From assembly GCF_018977255.1 (NCBI RefSeq), contig NW_024704743.1, positions 81,160,001-81,224,000 of the forward strand: a stretch of DNA of 64,000 bases. The letters run 5' to 3'. How positions within the stretch are numbered: position 1 is the stretch's first letter; every line of letters begins with the position of its first letter. The stretch is from Callorhinchus milii (Eukaryota). The notes beneath the pieces were generated by a model. It did no database searches. It saw only the letters and a list, made by a program, of their open reading frames with translations, and was not told the origin of the DNA. Shown here piece by piece: positions 24,441 through 38,129 of the stretch. Both the position numbers and the translations under genes were made by a program.

Positions 24441-27400
24441 GTGTCAGACATCTGTAGAACAATGGGGAAAAAAAGGCCTTTTTTTGTCTTAAAATGTAAT
24501 GGATTGAGACCAGGTAGAATTTGGGGCTCAGATTGGATAGATTGGCATTGGGATGCTCCATTGTGGCAAGGAGAAAATAAATTTGGTAAAGTACTTATCT
24601 CTGTAGACCTTGTCAGTTCAAATCACAGAGGAGAATTTGGTGCTGACTGTGTAGATGTCTGACACAGATTCTCCTGTCCTTTGCTGCGAAGGAGGACGTG
24701 TAGCGGCTGCAGACAGCAAATGGAGGAGGCGAGGGAAGAGGCTTCATTGTTCTGCTAGTATAAAAGAGATACTGTAAAGACTGTCGCTCTACTGGTAAGC
24801 CATGTGGGAGGTCAGTTGGTAAATGATGCAGAGTTCCACTGAGTCAGCTGTAAAGCATGTAGCATAAATATTCATTGGAACTCTGCCTACCTCTGGGGAC
24901 TGCCAGAATACCTGATTGATGGTGTGAGGCATTGGAATACAGAGTCAGTATGTGTACTCTTTTTGCAACAGTTTAAGTTTACAGTGAATGCTTTATATGG
25001 TTTCGGGGCAGTTTACCATAGTTTGGAGATCAAGTCTGCAGGTTGGGATTGAGTTGCACTTCATATGTCCTTTAGCATCACGTTGTCCAAACCATATTTG
25101 CCTCAAGTGGATAAAGTGAAAAGGCATGTTAAATATTCAACAGTATTAATGCTTTCACACATTTTATATTGTCTAAGAAGTGTTGGAATAAAACTGAATA
25201 AGAGGGTCTGTAATTGTTGCTTTCATTTAATCTCCCCCCGACCCCACCACCTCCCTTACATCGCTTTAAGGTTAGACACAAGAAACTTGTAGCAAACTTT
25301 TTATGTGAGTTTGATGCTGTTTAGTATTAGAAACTGTATCAAAAATCAAGCTTACAGAATGATCACTTGCTGTTACAGGCTAACTGAGTGTTGAAACTAC
25401 AGTACATTAAACCCCTGCTAGCTGGACCAATGGGTGGAGGGCTGCCCGGTCTGGCTCAGCCCAAATTTTGGATGCCCAGTAAGACAGGGGTTTACTGTAT
25501 ATCAAATGCCAGGGTTGTTATTGTTACTGTATTTGAAATTTTAGAGAACAGAAGTGCCCCTGGGCTGATGTGTGGGGGGAGCTGTCAAGAGTTCTGCACC
25601 TGATTGCTATATGGTGACAACTGTTTACTCTCCCCTCACCCCCGTACCTTAATGTGTTTATGTGTGGCCATTGAGGACAGGGCGGCTTGGGTTCTGATAC
25701 TGTCCGTGACAGAGTCTGCTAAAGCTCGCTGTCTGGCTCACACTCAAAGAATGGCTAATTGCCATAGTCCGTGGTACATTAGCAAATGTCGGCACGTTAG
25801 GAAAGAGGAAATTACTATCGTCTTGACTTGACAAAGCTACAGGTTATTTGTATCAGCTCTTGATAACTTGTCACTACGATTTAAATCATCATGCTGTCAA
25901 TATCCCGGCTGCATTCAATTATGTATTTATACATATGCCTAATTCTCCACTCTGGATAACTCGTCACTGAGCCCTAAAGTATGTCAGTTTCTATTCCCCA
26001 ACCAAGGCATGCACTGAGGTTGGTTGTGTAGCACCTCATATGGACATCTTACAATGAAGGTCACTGGACAGCAATGGGGAGCAGGAACTCCACATGTTGT
26101 TTTCCCCTCTTCCTTAGCCCAGGAATGTTGACAGATGTTGTTTATCAATTGACGCTGTGTCCACGATCAGCACAGAGCAGGGGTCAAAAATAAGAACATG
26201 AAGTGTGAAATGAAAGAGAGCTTTTTAGCTTTTCAGCCCTCCACAGCCAGGCAAAGCCCACTGTTTACACAGACCACACAAAACCTAATAATTTCTTGAC
26301 TTAACTCCAACCTAGTGGCTAAAGTTTTACATATCGTTTTCCAATGCATTGTTTCTAATGTGCCCGCCATTAAATTTACTGTGACCTGAGTCATGGTTAT
26401 ACCCATTCTGATTTAGAATTTATAATCTGGAAGTGGGACCTACGTATCCCTCCGTCACCCAACAACATTCTGAATGGCAACGTCAGTTAAGCTGGCCCTG
26501 CCACATTGAATTTCTAACTTGCAGATGGTGGCTTTCACTGATGAGTCTTTTTTACAAAGGAGAATACTAAGTCGCATTATCTCGCTAACCAGCAATTGAA
26601 ATTTAAACGCTCTGAGACGCCGCCCGGCGTGGAGGGTGCTATATAAATCTAAGTTGTTGTTGTTGAAAGACAGAAGTCCAATCCAACCCTCCTGACTTTT
26701 CAACAATCTGGCAGATTTCATGTGATAAATACCAAATATACCGGCAATTGGCTCCACTTTGGAAATTTGGGTTGAATTGAATTGTAACGCTCAGCTATGC
26801 TTCTATACATAGACCAGGAAGATTTCTTGATCTGTTAGCTGATCTCAACCAGGACATTAGAGAGAGTACAGATGGCCTCAGTATCTCTAAACTTGAGAAC
26901 TGGGTCGGCTAATGTGTGAAAACTAGAAGTATGGAGTGAACCAGTGTCTAGGAAACCATACACAAGTATGAAGAGCTTCAGGGAATTAACATATTGACCA
27001 TCTGCGTAAACATAAAATTCTGATGGCTTGGTTTTATTCCACTTGGGAAAGTGGAATGACTCCAAAATCCATTGCAAACTTGCTTTTATCTGGATTGTTC
27101 AAGTATTGTCCAATACTTGTAAGTAATTTGGTTTTTGATCACATATCCCAGGGTACTCATGATGCATTCTGAAGAAATGCATGAATTTCTGTATTCAACG
27201 ACAAATTGCATCTATCTAGCGCTTTTCAAGTCAGGAGGACATGAGATTCAGAGATTTGTAAATGAAAAGTAGAGCAAGTTGAGGACTGGAATGTTGAACA
27301 TTATGGTATGTAGTTAGCTGGTCTGGCAGCAGTAACTGTGGCCCACAATTTGTTTTGAATCAACGACTTTGTATTTTATTTTGGAGAGATTACTTATTTA

Positions 27401-28382
27401 AGGGAGTTGAAGCATGGAGAAAATAAAAACGTCATAGTTGCTATAGCTCTACTGTAATAACAAACACTTTTGATAGCTGTATAATCTTAGCGAATCAAGA
27501 TGTGCATAAATTATTTTATACGTGCTTTTAAAAAATGTTTTTGTGGTGTGCAGTGGAAGTAAATAGCATTTGATAACTAAATATTTTTCAGCCATTTGGA
27601 GCTGTTAGATTGCAACACAAAGGAGTGTGGCAAAATGTATTATTAAGTGTTTGCCATGGCATGGCTAAGACAGCAGTCGGCGTGCACCAATTTGCCATCT
27701 TCTGCAGAAGCTATCTGTGCTGACCTGCAGAAGCTATCTGTACTGACCTTAAGGTAGAAAGGAAAAAGCAATAGGCAAGCAACTCTGTCCTCTTGCACCC
27801 TTCAATCTCATCCTTTTCCCCCTCCATAAGGTAATGAACCGGTTCTTTTGGGTAGGAAAAGCTTAAAGTGAAATTCATTGCTGTTTGTGTATACTATATT
27901 GTACTACAATTGGCCCCTATGCTTGGCATAGTGAGAGGAGGAAAAATTGGCCAAGGTTTCTGCTCCCAAAACTAAGAACTGTGAAGTAGCATTCTAGAAA
28001 TGAGTGTTATGTGTGTAATTTACTGGGGAAATTATTATTAGCCCTATACTGCAAGTTTTCACAATCTATAATTGTTGCGGACACAATCATTTGGAGCTCT
28101 TGCTGGGGCTAGTTAACCATTTTATTGGATTGTTATAATTTGCACAATAAATAAAACAGAATGGCAAGGAGCCCACCCGAGCCAGGAGCTCTGATCAAAT
28201 TCATGTTTCAGGTTAATATCAGGCTGGTTCAGTCTTTCTTCGCTGCTCAATTAGTTTAGAAATCTTCAGAGACTGCTCCATGGGGAGGAGGGGGATCTGA
28301 CTTCCTAGACCAGAATAGTGGATTTCCATGTTTAAAAGTTTTTAAAAAATATTTTAGTAAAGTAGCTGTGATTGTGTTCCAG

Positions 28383-28561
28383 ATTGAGGCTTCATGAAGA
28401 AAAAGTCATCAAAGATCGGCGATACCATCTCCGAACGTATCCAAATTGCTTTGTGGCTAAAGAATTAATCGATTGGCTTCTAGATCACAAAGATGCTACT
28501 GATAGGTCAACAGCAATCAAATTGATTCAAAAGCTGTTAGACAATAGTATCATCCACCACG
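28383..28561 (+). CDS. DEPTOR: DEPTOR exon 2, DEP1 N-half (LRLHEEKVIKDRRYHLRTYPNCFVAKELIDWLLDHK...IIHH)
   Basis: ttccag| acceptor, G|GTAAAC donor, 179 nt; near-identical to recalled vertebrate DEPTOR. Confidence 0.97.
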
Positions 28562-29742
28562 GTAAACTCACAGAACTGTTTTGTTGTTTCACTTATTCTA
28601 ATTACCATTAGTAAATGCTTGATCACAGATGGTTGGAGTGTGCCCAAACCCTCATCCTATCAAGGACTTCCTGCTTTTCTCTTGTGGCATTGTGAGGGTG
28701 TTACTGGCTGGCACATGTTAGCTGCTGTATTTGCATACATAACATCAGTTTAGTTTCTGCTTCCATGAAGCAGTTCAAGATGTTTATTTTATGTGAAAGA
28801 GCTATGTTACTGTGTGCTATCTTCCCAACCCTTTCCCAATGATGCACTTATAATAATAATACTAAACAATCAGCAATCTGCTTTTAAGTTCTAAAATTCA
28901 CTTAAAATCGTTTTTCTTTTGAAAATATACAGAATTGAGCAAAATATATCCAGTAATGACAACAACAAAATAAATAGTGACCAGCGGATAAAATTTAATT
29001 TTAAGAATGAGAAACCGATCAAGTCACATAATTAATTATATAAATGATATAAATGTACATTTTATATAAAAAATAAAATAGCCTGAACAAGGTAATCATC
29101 AAAGCAGAATTTTTTTTGCTGTTAAATGATAATTCTGGTGACTTTTGTTTTAACCTTAAACCTAACAAATGAACACATATAAAATACTGATGTCCAAATA
29201 AAGAGATCCAACAACAACAACAAATTACGTTTGTATAGCGCTTTTCGCGTAGGTTAATCCAATTAATCTAGTCTCAATAGTACAGGGAAGCAAGTGGAAT
29301 ATTCCCTTCCTGACTATTGTGGATAGTTGAAGAGCAGCTAAAGGTTCGACTGTACAATACTTACAGTATTCAGGCATCCTGGCTTTCTTTAATCCAGCTG
29401 CGATTTCTTTTAACACGGCTATTATTATTTTTTTCTTCATTTTTGGAATTTAATAAACCCTCAATTTGTTGGAAAAAGAAAAGCATCAATATTCTGAACA
29501 GTGGTTTATTTTTCATGGTGCAAGTGGGTATCAGTCAAACATGAAGCCGCGCAGTAGCAAGACTTCAAAGTAGAGATGGCAAACACGAACAAAAGCAGAA
29601 ATCTGCTTCTCTCATTAAAAGGGCATTATTAATTATGATATATAATAATGTTTTTGCATTGCTTGTGGATTATTTTACATTGATCTGATTTGTAATGTTC
29701 CAAACCCTAACCTACTCAATTTAAGATTTATTTTTTCTTCAG

Positions 29743-29866
29743 TTTGTGATGAACACAAAGAATTTAAGGATGCAAAGGTATTTTATCGCTTCAGAAAAGA
29801 TGATGGAACTTTCCCGCTGGACAGTGAAGTCAGGGTTTTCACAAGAGGACAAAGGTTGTATGAAAA
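29743..29866 (+). CDS. DEPTOR: DEPTOR exon 3 (VCDEHKEFKDAKVFYRFRKDDGTFPLDSEVRVFTRGQRLYEK)
   Basis: ttttttcttcag| acceptor, AA|GTAGGT donor, 124 nt. Not in the ORF track in this frame; translated by hand. Confidence 0.97.
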
Positions 29867-31058
29867 GTAGGTGGATTTTCTCAGTTTATAAAATAGAGAG
29901 ATTATGTGGGGCCTTGGTTCAGTGTTTTGATAGTTTTCACGTCCATTTATTATGAATAAATAAATAATAATAATCCTTGCTTTTGATGTTGTGCCTATAG
30001 CATTGAAATGTCTCTAAATGTCAGTTTACTCATCATCTATTCGGCAGACATCATTGCACTTGACCATATTTACTGTAAAGTCTTTGAGATGTTTTGACAT
30101 GAAGTGCTATAAAAATGTAAGCTCTTCCATTCTTTTCACTTTAATGTAACAGATCTTTCTGAAGTACCTTGAAGTTTTGTAAATGCTCTTCAGCCTGTTC
30201 CCAGTGCAATAACCAGAAGCACAATAGCTGTAAGTTCACAAATGATTCAAACAAAGTAATCTACTTTTATACGCACAAATTTAAGACATGTAAGCTGTCT
30301 TACAGGATTAGTAGGAAAGGATTTATCTTTCCTAAAACTAGTTTCTAGATGAAAAAATGCAGATTTTCTGATAAAGTCACAGTAGGTACCTTAATAGGAA
30401 AATCTCTTTAGTGTAATACATCTGAAGGCCTTTGCTGAGGGCATGCAGTGGGAAGCAGAAGAAAAACCCTTGATTTACCCTGTTGAGCAGATTTATAATG
30501 ATCTTGCCCACTTGAAGCAAGCTGGTGGCTTTTTGAAAGATGTCAGCATTGCAGGAGATCAAAGAGATGATTCTGTCTTTTGACTTGGGCCAGAATGGTA
30601 CATGGTATAGTGAGACTCAAACCGGAGAGAAGAAAATCAGATTCAATGCATCTTGCATCTCCAATTGTACACAATGAACCTCTAATTAGTATTGCATATT
30701 TAAAGTATCTTTATTTTGTGTAAATTAGTACATTAAAGCCCAGGTGCCAAATAACTGTTCCATTTCTTCAACTAGTTTCTAAACTAACAAAAAGATACAG
30801 ATCTAGCCACAAGCTAACTTGGTTCTCCTTGCTGTAATTTTGGCTTTCGTTGTATTAAACCACAATTCTGCTGTGTTGCACAGTGTCTTGATTATGCAAT
30901 GCTTGCAATAACTTTGAGAGATTCCGGAAGTTCTGAAGTACATCTATCTTTGTTGTTTGGTTGCTAAATTAGTTGTTGACCAGTTTTCTGCGTTCCTGTT
31001 CTGAAAACCAATTTTTCCCCTTTTCATCATAAGGTGAATATTTCTACCAGACACAGTT

Positions 31059-31415
31059 GGAGTAAAATTCCACCTTTTTCTAGATTTACTCTACCAATGT
31101 AGCATTTCAGAGCATGCAATACACTCAAATTTACATTTATATCATGCCATTCATGTCAGGAGGATGTCTGAAAGCGCTTGAGAAAGCTGGATGGGTAGTG
31201 GAGTTGGGGGTGGGAGCTGAGGGAGAGGGAATGCAGAGGGGTAGAGCATGTAGAATTTGGAAATGTTTTTTGTAAAAAAAACTGCTAATTTCTATACATT
31301 TGTTTTAGAAACCACAGAAAACTGGCTTCAAAGTAATGCTGAAATCAACAATTTGCCAAATTCTTTAAATGCAACATTAATAGAGTAAATTTAGAGCTAA
31401 ATGGAATTCTATCCC
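31059..31415. mobile_element. MITE-like element with ~50 bp imperfect terminal inverted repeats; second copy at 36250-36528 in opposite orientation
   Basis: GGAGTAAAATTCCACC..TCTAGATTTACTCTA pairs with TAGAGTAAATTTAGAGCTAAATGGAATTCTATCCC. Confidence 0.65.
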
Positions 31416-32666
31416 ATAGATGCTTTAATCATTGATCATCCAGAAAAGTGAGGCTGTCAAACCATTTTTAATTTTTTTCCAATTCCCAAGATGTTTTTTA
31501 ATTGATGTTGAGGTTAGCATCACTGGGGTCTAGACAATGCACTGGTGGTTTAAAAATAACTATGTCTGAGTGACTTGTTTCTAATGGGAAATTCCATTAT
31601 AAACCAGTCATCGTTATTTGTAGCAGTCGACATTTTAGATTGTATTGATTTTTTTCCTTTAGCATCGTGCTTTTTGCTCCAGCTCTTCAAGTGATTTGTT
31701 TATAAAAAATATATCCTGAATTCGGGCTACATTTTGAATAGAAATTAGTTTTCTGTAAAGTAGGAAATTGAGCAGAGCTCCCCCAATGAGGAACTAAACC
31801 ATATGGAAGATTACGCATATTAAAATAATCTAATAAATGATGGCCAACATGTGTTCAGAAAGAATAGGTCTTATCTGCCCAATAACAGATTTTTGTTGAG
31901 ATGACAGCCCAAATTGACTGTGGGATTCCCCATGATGTAGTACATCTAGACTTCCAATAAATGTTTGATAAAGTACTTCATAAAAGATTCCTCCGCAAAT
32001 TCTGTCAACTAGTTTATGGATCCCATGACACCACTCAAAGAGAAGGGAATTTCTCCTGGTGTCCTGGCCAACGGTCCCCAGATAAAATTGGTCTTTCACT
32101 TCATGGCTGTTTGTGGAACAATGCTTTGTATAAATTGGTTGCAAAAAATACTTGCTACATTTTACGGAAAATTCTGAAACACTTTGAATCATTTGTTATG
32201 GCTGCTAAATCAAATGCAAGGATTTTTCTGATTATAATCTTTACGATTATAACCTTAGAATGGTGGAACAGACTTGAAATATCTCTTCCTGTTGTTGTGT
32301 TCATGTAAATGTAAAGCACAAGGAAAATAAGGTCACTGCAGTCTATCTAACTGATAAAATAATAAATAGTACCACACCTCTGTTTTATCATACAATTCTC
32401 AAATTCTTTGAGAAATATTTCGCTAATTTCCTTCTCAGTTTGCTGCCTCTAATGACATGCTATCTGTGTAGTGGATTCAAGCAATTTAACATTTAAGTGC
32501 AATTCATAATAGAAAGCTTATAGGTTCCTAGTATTATTAGCTCTGATCCATTCATGTCAGCTGTATTTGCAGAATCCCTTCTTTCCATGGATCACTCAGT
32601 GTGACTGCAGGCATCCACCATAATTATTTTCCTTCAAGGACTGTCTTTGTCTTCCCACCAAAACAG

Positions 32667-32845
32667 GCTGATGAACTCTGAAAGCTTGCTGATGCAAATC
32701 CGGGAGGAAGAAGGGGAGAAATACCAGCGCACCTTTGTAGCTTGTGAACTTATCGACTGGCTGATGCAAGAAGGAGAGGTTGCCACAAGAAGTGAAGGAG
32801 AACAGCTTTGTTGTAGGCTGTTAGATCATGGCATTATTCAGCATG
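32667..32845 (+). CDS. DEPTOR: DEPTOR exon 4, DEP2 N-half (LMNSESLLMQIREEEGEKYQRTFVACELIDWLMQEGE...GIIQH)
   Basis: aaacag| acceptor, G|GTGAGG donor, 179 nt, phases consistent. Confidence 0.97.
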
Positions 32846-35800
32846 GTGAGGATCTTTAGTCCCGTTGGGACAGATTGTGTGAGATTATGGAACATTCTTC
32901 AGTTGGGTCTTGATTTGGAAACTGATCATTTTTAAGAACTGTAGGAACTCCAGATTAATGCTAGTTTTAAGAATTTTCCACTATTCTATGCAAACTTAAA
33001 TTTAAAGATCTTAATGGGCTAAATGAGGTGGAATTTGGGGCTCGTAGTGTATACATATATTATAATGTATAAAAATGATGTATGAAATTGCAATTAAGAC
33101 TAAACTGTATAATCCCTTTCAGTCTTCACCCATTTGACTTAATGTGTCCTTTAAGCAGCTATTAATGATTGATAATAGTGCATTTATGAAGCTCCTTTAG
33201 TAAGGGGAATGGACTGTGTGATATAGTATTGGGCATCACAAACCAGGAAGATCCAGAGATTGAGTCTGTGATACGTGCTGAGTGACCTAAATGTCAACCA
33301 ATCCTGGGATAAGGTAACTCTGTACCTGGCCTCTGTCTGAGGTTGAAGGAAACGGGTGAATCAATTGCTGAGATTTAAAAAATGCTTTTCAGGAAAACAA
33401 CAGATAAATGGCATTTTGCACTAGAAAAAAGTGCCTCAGGACATAAAACCTACAGGAAGATCTCAGGTTGGAGCCTGAGTTCTCAAGTTGGTGTGATCTA
33501 GATGGGTTCCCAGGAAGGGACACACTTTATGTTCTGAGGCATTTTTTTTCACATCACCAACTGCCATTAACTTGCAGTTTCCGCAGTGAACGTTTCATAA
33601 CTGCCATAAACATTCGTGCCCGCCCCATCTCAGTTGAATAGTCTGCCAATATAATGTCAGGCCCAGGCATGCAGAATTGGCTCCGTGGTATAATACCCGC
33701 CAATACCTATTTGGCTGTAACCCAACATGAGATGCTGCTTTTAAGAGGGTAGTTTAAAAAGGTCTTGTTTGGAATTGAAGACTAATGTTCTAATTTTGCA
33801 ATAATTTAATGTCTTGACTTTTAACAAAAAAACTATTGCAACTTCGGGAATATGAAATTGATTGTTGCAAGGAGCTTACCTTGTATTGTTTCGGAGCTTG
33901 ACTTTAAATGAAGCAGTCTAGCTAAGCTGTCTGTAGAGACAGGCAGGAGCCTGTCTTTTGGGTGGTTGGAGGTAATAGATTGGGATTGGTGACTCAACAA
34001 GACTTGCGTTAGGGAACAGTGGACTACAGTAGTAATAAAACACACCCTGTGATACTTCATAATTGTGCAATCAAATTTTGCAGGCAGTTCCTTAAGAGCT
34101 TTGTCACAGGCGTGCAACTAGAAAGGAATGTGAAGTGTTCGTTTTAAGGGGTGAGTGATGCTTGGCTCCCATAAACTGGTGGACAGAGTCTCGAATCAGT
34201 TGAAAGCGAAGTTATTTTAAATCCTGGTAATTGAAAGTTCGTACATTTTAGGATGGTTTTGTACATTAGATTCAGCAGAGAAGTCGTAAATTGGTAAGTT
34301 TCTGTTAGTCCTGTTTGTCTTTTTAATATTTATCCTCTCCTGAAAATGCTGATTCATGGGAGGGTGCAGTTCATAGTTCTGCCAAACCCCAGGATCTCTG
34401 TGTTCTGTTATTGTCACGGGAACGTAGACAGTTGAATGTTCGTGAGCATCACATCCAAGCTTCAGGTACCAGTAGTTTCCATTTCCTTTCTCCTCTCCTC
34501 CCCTTCCCCTCCACCCCCCCATACTCGCTTCACAAAGAGCCAGTTTGAATAGTGATCAGGAGAATGGACCTGAGATTCCCTGCCCCCCACCAGGTCAGTT
34601 GTGGCATGATCACTGTTGCTTTGGTGTATTTGGGATATCTTTGATTTAATGCTGCGGAAGGTGGTGACTTTTTTTTTGTTTGGCGAGTAGATTTGAGTTT
34701 GGTGTTGTGAATGGTCTCTTCAGATCAATATCTTTCACAGTGCACTCTATTAATAACTTCTGCGTGATGTTATAACTAACATTTTAGTATTTAGCTCCCT
34801 GATGTTTCATTCTCAAATATTACATGTTGAAGAGTTGTGGTTAAATTTACTATTGCCTGTTTAGCCAGTTATAATGACAACAAATTATATTTATATAGCG
34901 CCCTTTACATTAGAAGGATAATGACTGTATTTAGCTCAACAGCTCTATTGTGCACTGTCTGTCATACAACAGAACTTCACTCAGTGCACCTAGTGTCTCT
35001 AAGGTGGGTGGGGGGCTGTGGTATAGTGTTGTGTAGAACTGTTCTGCAAATGCCCTCTTACTAGACAGTGAGCCTCTAAGGTATATGGTACCAGTGTACC
35101 TGCTGATGTGCCAACTGTGGAGAACTGATGTTTCTCTAGGAACCAGATCATGCAGACATTTTCTCCCCCTCAAACAGCTGAGATTTCTGTACTTTTTTTG
35201 CTTCTTCAAAACTGCTGAAAATTGTTCATGTGACATGTGCTTAAGGATGTTGTTGGAGAATCTTGATGTTGGACCTGCTGGTTTGTTTCTGTGGGTGTGA
35301 GCTGGTTTCTAACTACACCCCTCTTGCAACGGAATAGATCCCAGCTTTGTTTTGGTCTCATTAAATAAAGAGCGAATGAGGTTTCGAGCCACTCATTCGC
35401 TAAGCCAGGGAGTTGTATTAACCGAGGAATATTAAACCATGACAAGAGAAGTAAGGGATTTAATAAAAATCGGATTTTGTGTCCCTGCAATTATGACAAA
35501 ATGCCCTTATCTCCAGCACGCTGATTACAGGGATAAAAGTCCAGGTTTTGTTTTGCTTTTGAAAGGTGACTTAATTAAATCGACATCTGCTGTTATAAAT
35601 AAAAACAAATATCTTGGCCGTGAATGACGTACTTCGATACTTAACTAAGTCCCGAAAACTCTTGTTCAGAATGAGTAATTTTATGCCGATTGGGTGTGAA
35701 TGTTGATTATTTCCACATTGTCCTAAATTTGAATTTTTGCATGCCTTTTTTAAAAAAAATTAAAGGGGAACTAAGAAAATGTGATCATATTGACATCAAA

Positions 35801-37946
35801 CACTGGTCAGTTACGTTGAATAGAATTGAGAAAGAGGAAGCCTGGAGAAGTGTCTGGTAGGAAGCCCAGAGCTTTGTTCTGGATGCTTTTAAGTGCCTTG
35901 AACGGTTTTATTAAATTCTTCAGTGTTCATGTAAGTTTTTTGAATGATGGTTGTTGATTGGCATGTGGGGGGAGCTAAATACCACATTGTGATGTGGAGC
36001 TCAGGGAGACTCAAAGTGGATACTGCTTTTATGGAATATAAAATGCTATTGTTATTTCTACATTCGCACATGAGAGAATTCTTTATAAGTTAAAAGCTTT
36101 TGAAGCTTCCTCTGATGATCTACTGGCTAAAGGCACTGTACAAGGTCAAGTGGATTTGTGTTTAGCAGGTTTGAATTCTGATCTGTTTCAAGGTTAACTG
36201 GCAAGGTTTTCTGCTTCACAGCACTTTACAGTCTCCGCTGCTGGAAAGTGGGGAGAAATTCCATTTGGATCTAGATTTATACTATTTTCTTAGCAGAGCA
36301 GGCAAAAATGGCAATTTGTTGAATTTGGTGTTAAGTTTGAAGCCTGTTTTCAGCACCTTGCGGTGTCCTCCCGACGTGAATGTAAATGTACATTTGTTGT
36401 TGTTTTCCTGTATTTCTTGAGGTAACTTACAGAAAATTAGATTTCAAAGTAACTGTTTGAGTTTACCAAGTTCTGCCCGCACTGAAATGCTGAAAGATTA
36501 TGTAAATCTAGAACCAGATCAAATTCCTTTTTGTGGTTATGCCTGGCTGTTAAGAATGTAGATATGAAATTGAGGTTGGTAATGCCTTTGAAATTGAGCC
36601 CAATTTTTTAAGAAAATGTCACAACCTTCTCTTCCGAGGTGAAAAATTGGCAAAAGAAATGGGTAGGGGGAGGAGTTGATAGAAGAGAAGTGGTTGGCAC
36701 TGGGCCAGCTATGCCTATGAGTGATGTGATTTACACCAATTAATTTATCTACCTCAATACAGAGGAAAAATCTTTCTTACTCCAGGCAAAATGAGTTAGT
36801 GCATGGAGAAATGATTTGGTTTTGAAAATGGTGTGGGCACGCAGCCGAGCATCGGGGAGCTGTCTCCCAGCTACTCTATTTGTGCAAATTTTAAATCATT
36901 TTTCACTGTAATTCTTCTATCCGTTTATATTGGCTACAAGATGTTATACTACTGGCACCATTACAGTAATCCAGCAGATGCAAGCTATTGGTGTTTGTGA
37001 TACATATTAATGTCTTTGTGACAAAAGGTCTCGAGCTGCTTAGGAAATTTTCTGAGTTTAAAGAACCACCAGATGCTGATGTGTCTTCCAAAGAATCCAA
37101 TTGTGGGCAGTTACCCAACTATGCTTCTTAGGAATTATTTACTTTGAGTCTTTCCAAACCTTACAACTGGAAAAACATTAAATTCTAGGAAACACTAAAC
37201 TGGGTTAAAATATTAAATGTAAAATTGAGCAGTTTTTCTCTTAGGATTTTTTTTTTTACAAAATCGCACTTTTTAATTAAAGATTGTTGGGTTATATTTG
37301 GTTAGAAGATTAAATATGAGATGTAAAATAGATCTTTCCACTCGCTAGTAAAGAATGTAAGTGTTGGGAACAGAAGATGAAAAGCCGGGTTCAGGTGTTT
37401 GTATGTACTAATGTGTAAGATTCTGGCATGAGCTGATAACTGCTGCTCTATTCACACTAACAGAAGCAGTTGGGTAACAGTCATAGCTAGAAATTGACAG
37501 TAAAACGCATGCATGCATCCTAGCCATGTCTGTCCTGTTAAACTGAACAGCCTTTATGTAGACCAGGGATGGGATGTTCCAGTGTTTAGTGATGATCACA
37601 GAAGCTCCTGTAAATAAAGCATTTGGAAACAATTACATGGTCACAATGGAACGATACAACCAGGTCTGTAATTTAACTGGAATCTTCCAAATTTTACCAA
37701 GAAGCTTCCAAAATGTTGTAATTCAGTCTAGAACAGAAGTGAATGAACAGCTTTTTAACCAACTCAACCGCCTTTCCTCCGCATCTGCTATAATGGCTTT
37801 TACTGTCTAATAAGCTGTCCATTCAGAGTCTGGCTTCCTCTGCGTTGTGCATTCATGCTCCTGATCAATTTGACAAACACCAATGAAAGAAATTCCATCT
37901 TTTTAACCAGCCGTCGTCATCTTCTCTCCCATTATTCTGGACACAG

Positions 37947-38129
37947 TGGCCAATAAGCCCCACTTTGTGGACAGTAACCTCCTGTACCAGTTCCGGACGA
38001 ACTTTCGAAGAAGGCGACGTCTGCTAGAGCTGCTAAGTGAGAACCCAGCCTCGGTGCCTGATAGCCATGAGAGCCCTTTCTGTTTGCGCAAACAGAATTC
38101 AGACAACAGCAACATCAGTTTCCTCTCAG
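37947..38129 (+). CDS. DEPTOR: DEPTOR exon 5 (VANKPHFVDSNLLYQFRTNFRRRRRLLELL...SPFCLRKQ...SFLS)
   Basis: acacag| acceptor, CAG|GTAAGA donor, 183 nt. Confidence 0.97.

Noticed and set aside
27702..27750. Short tandem duplications (23-mer here; also ~13290-13325 and ~55766-55805) as CRISPR-like or functional arrays
   Set aside because: Only two units, no spacers; ordinary slippage duplications in a eukaryotic intron.
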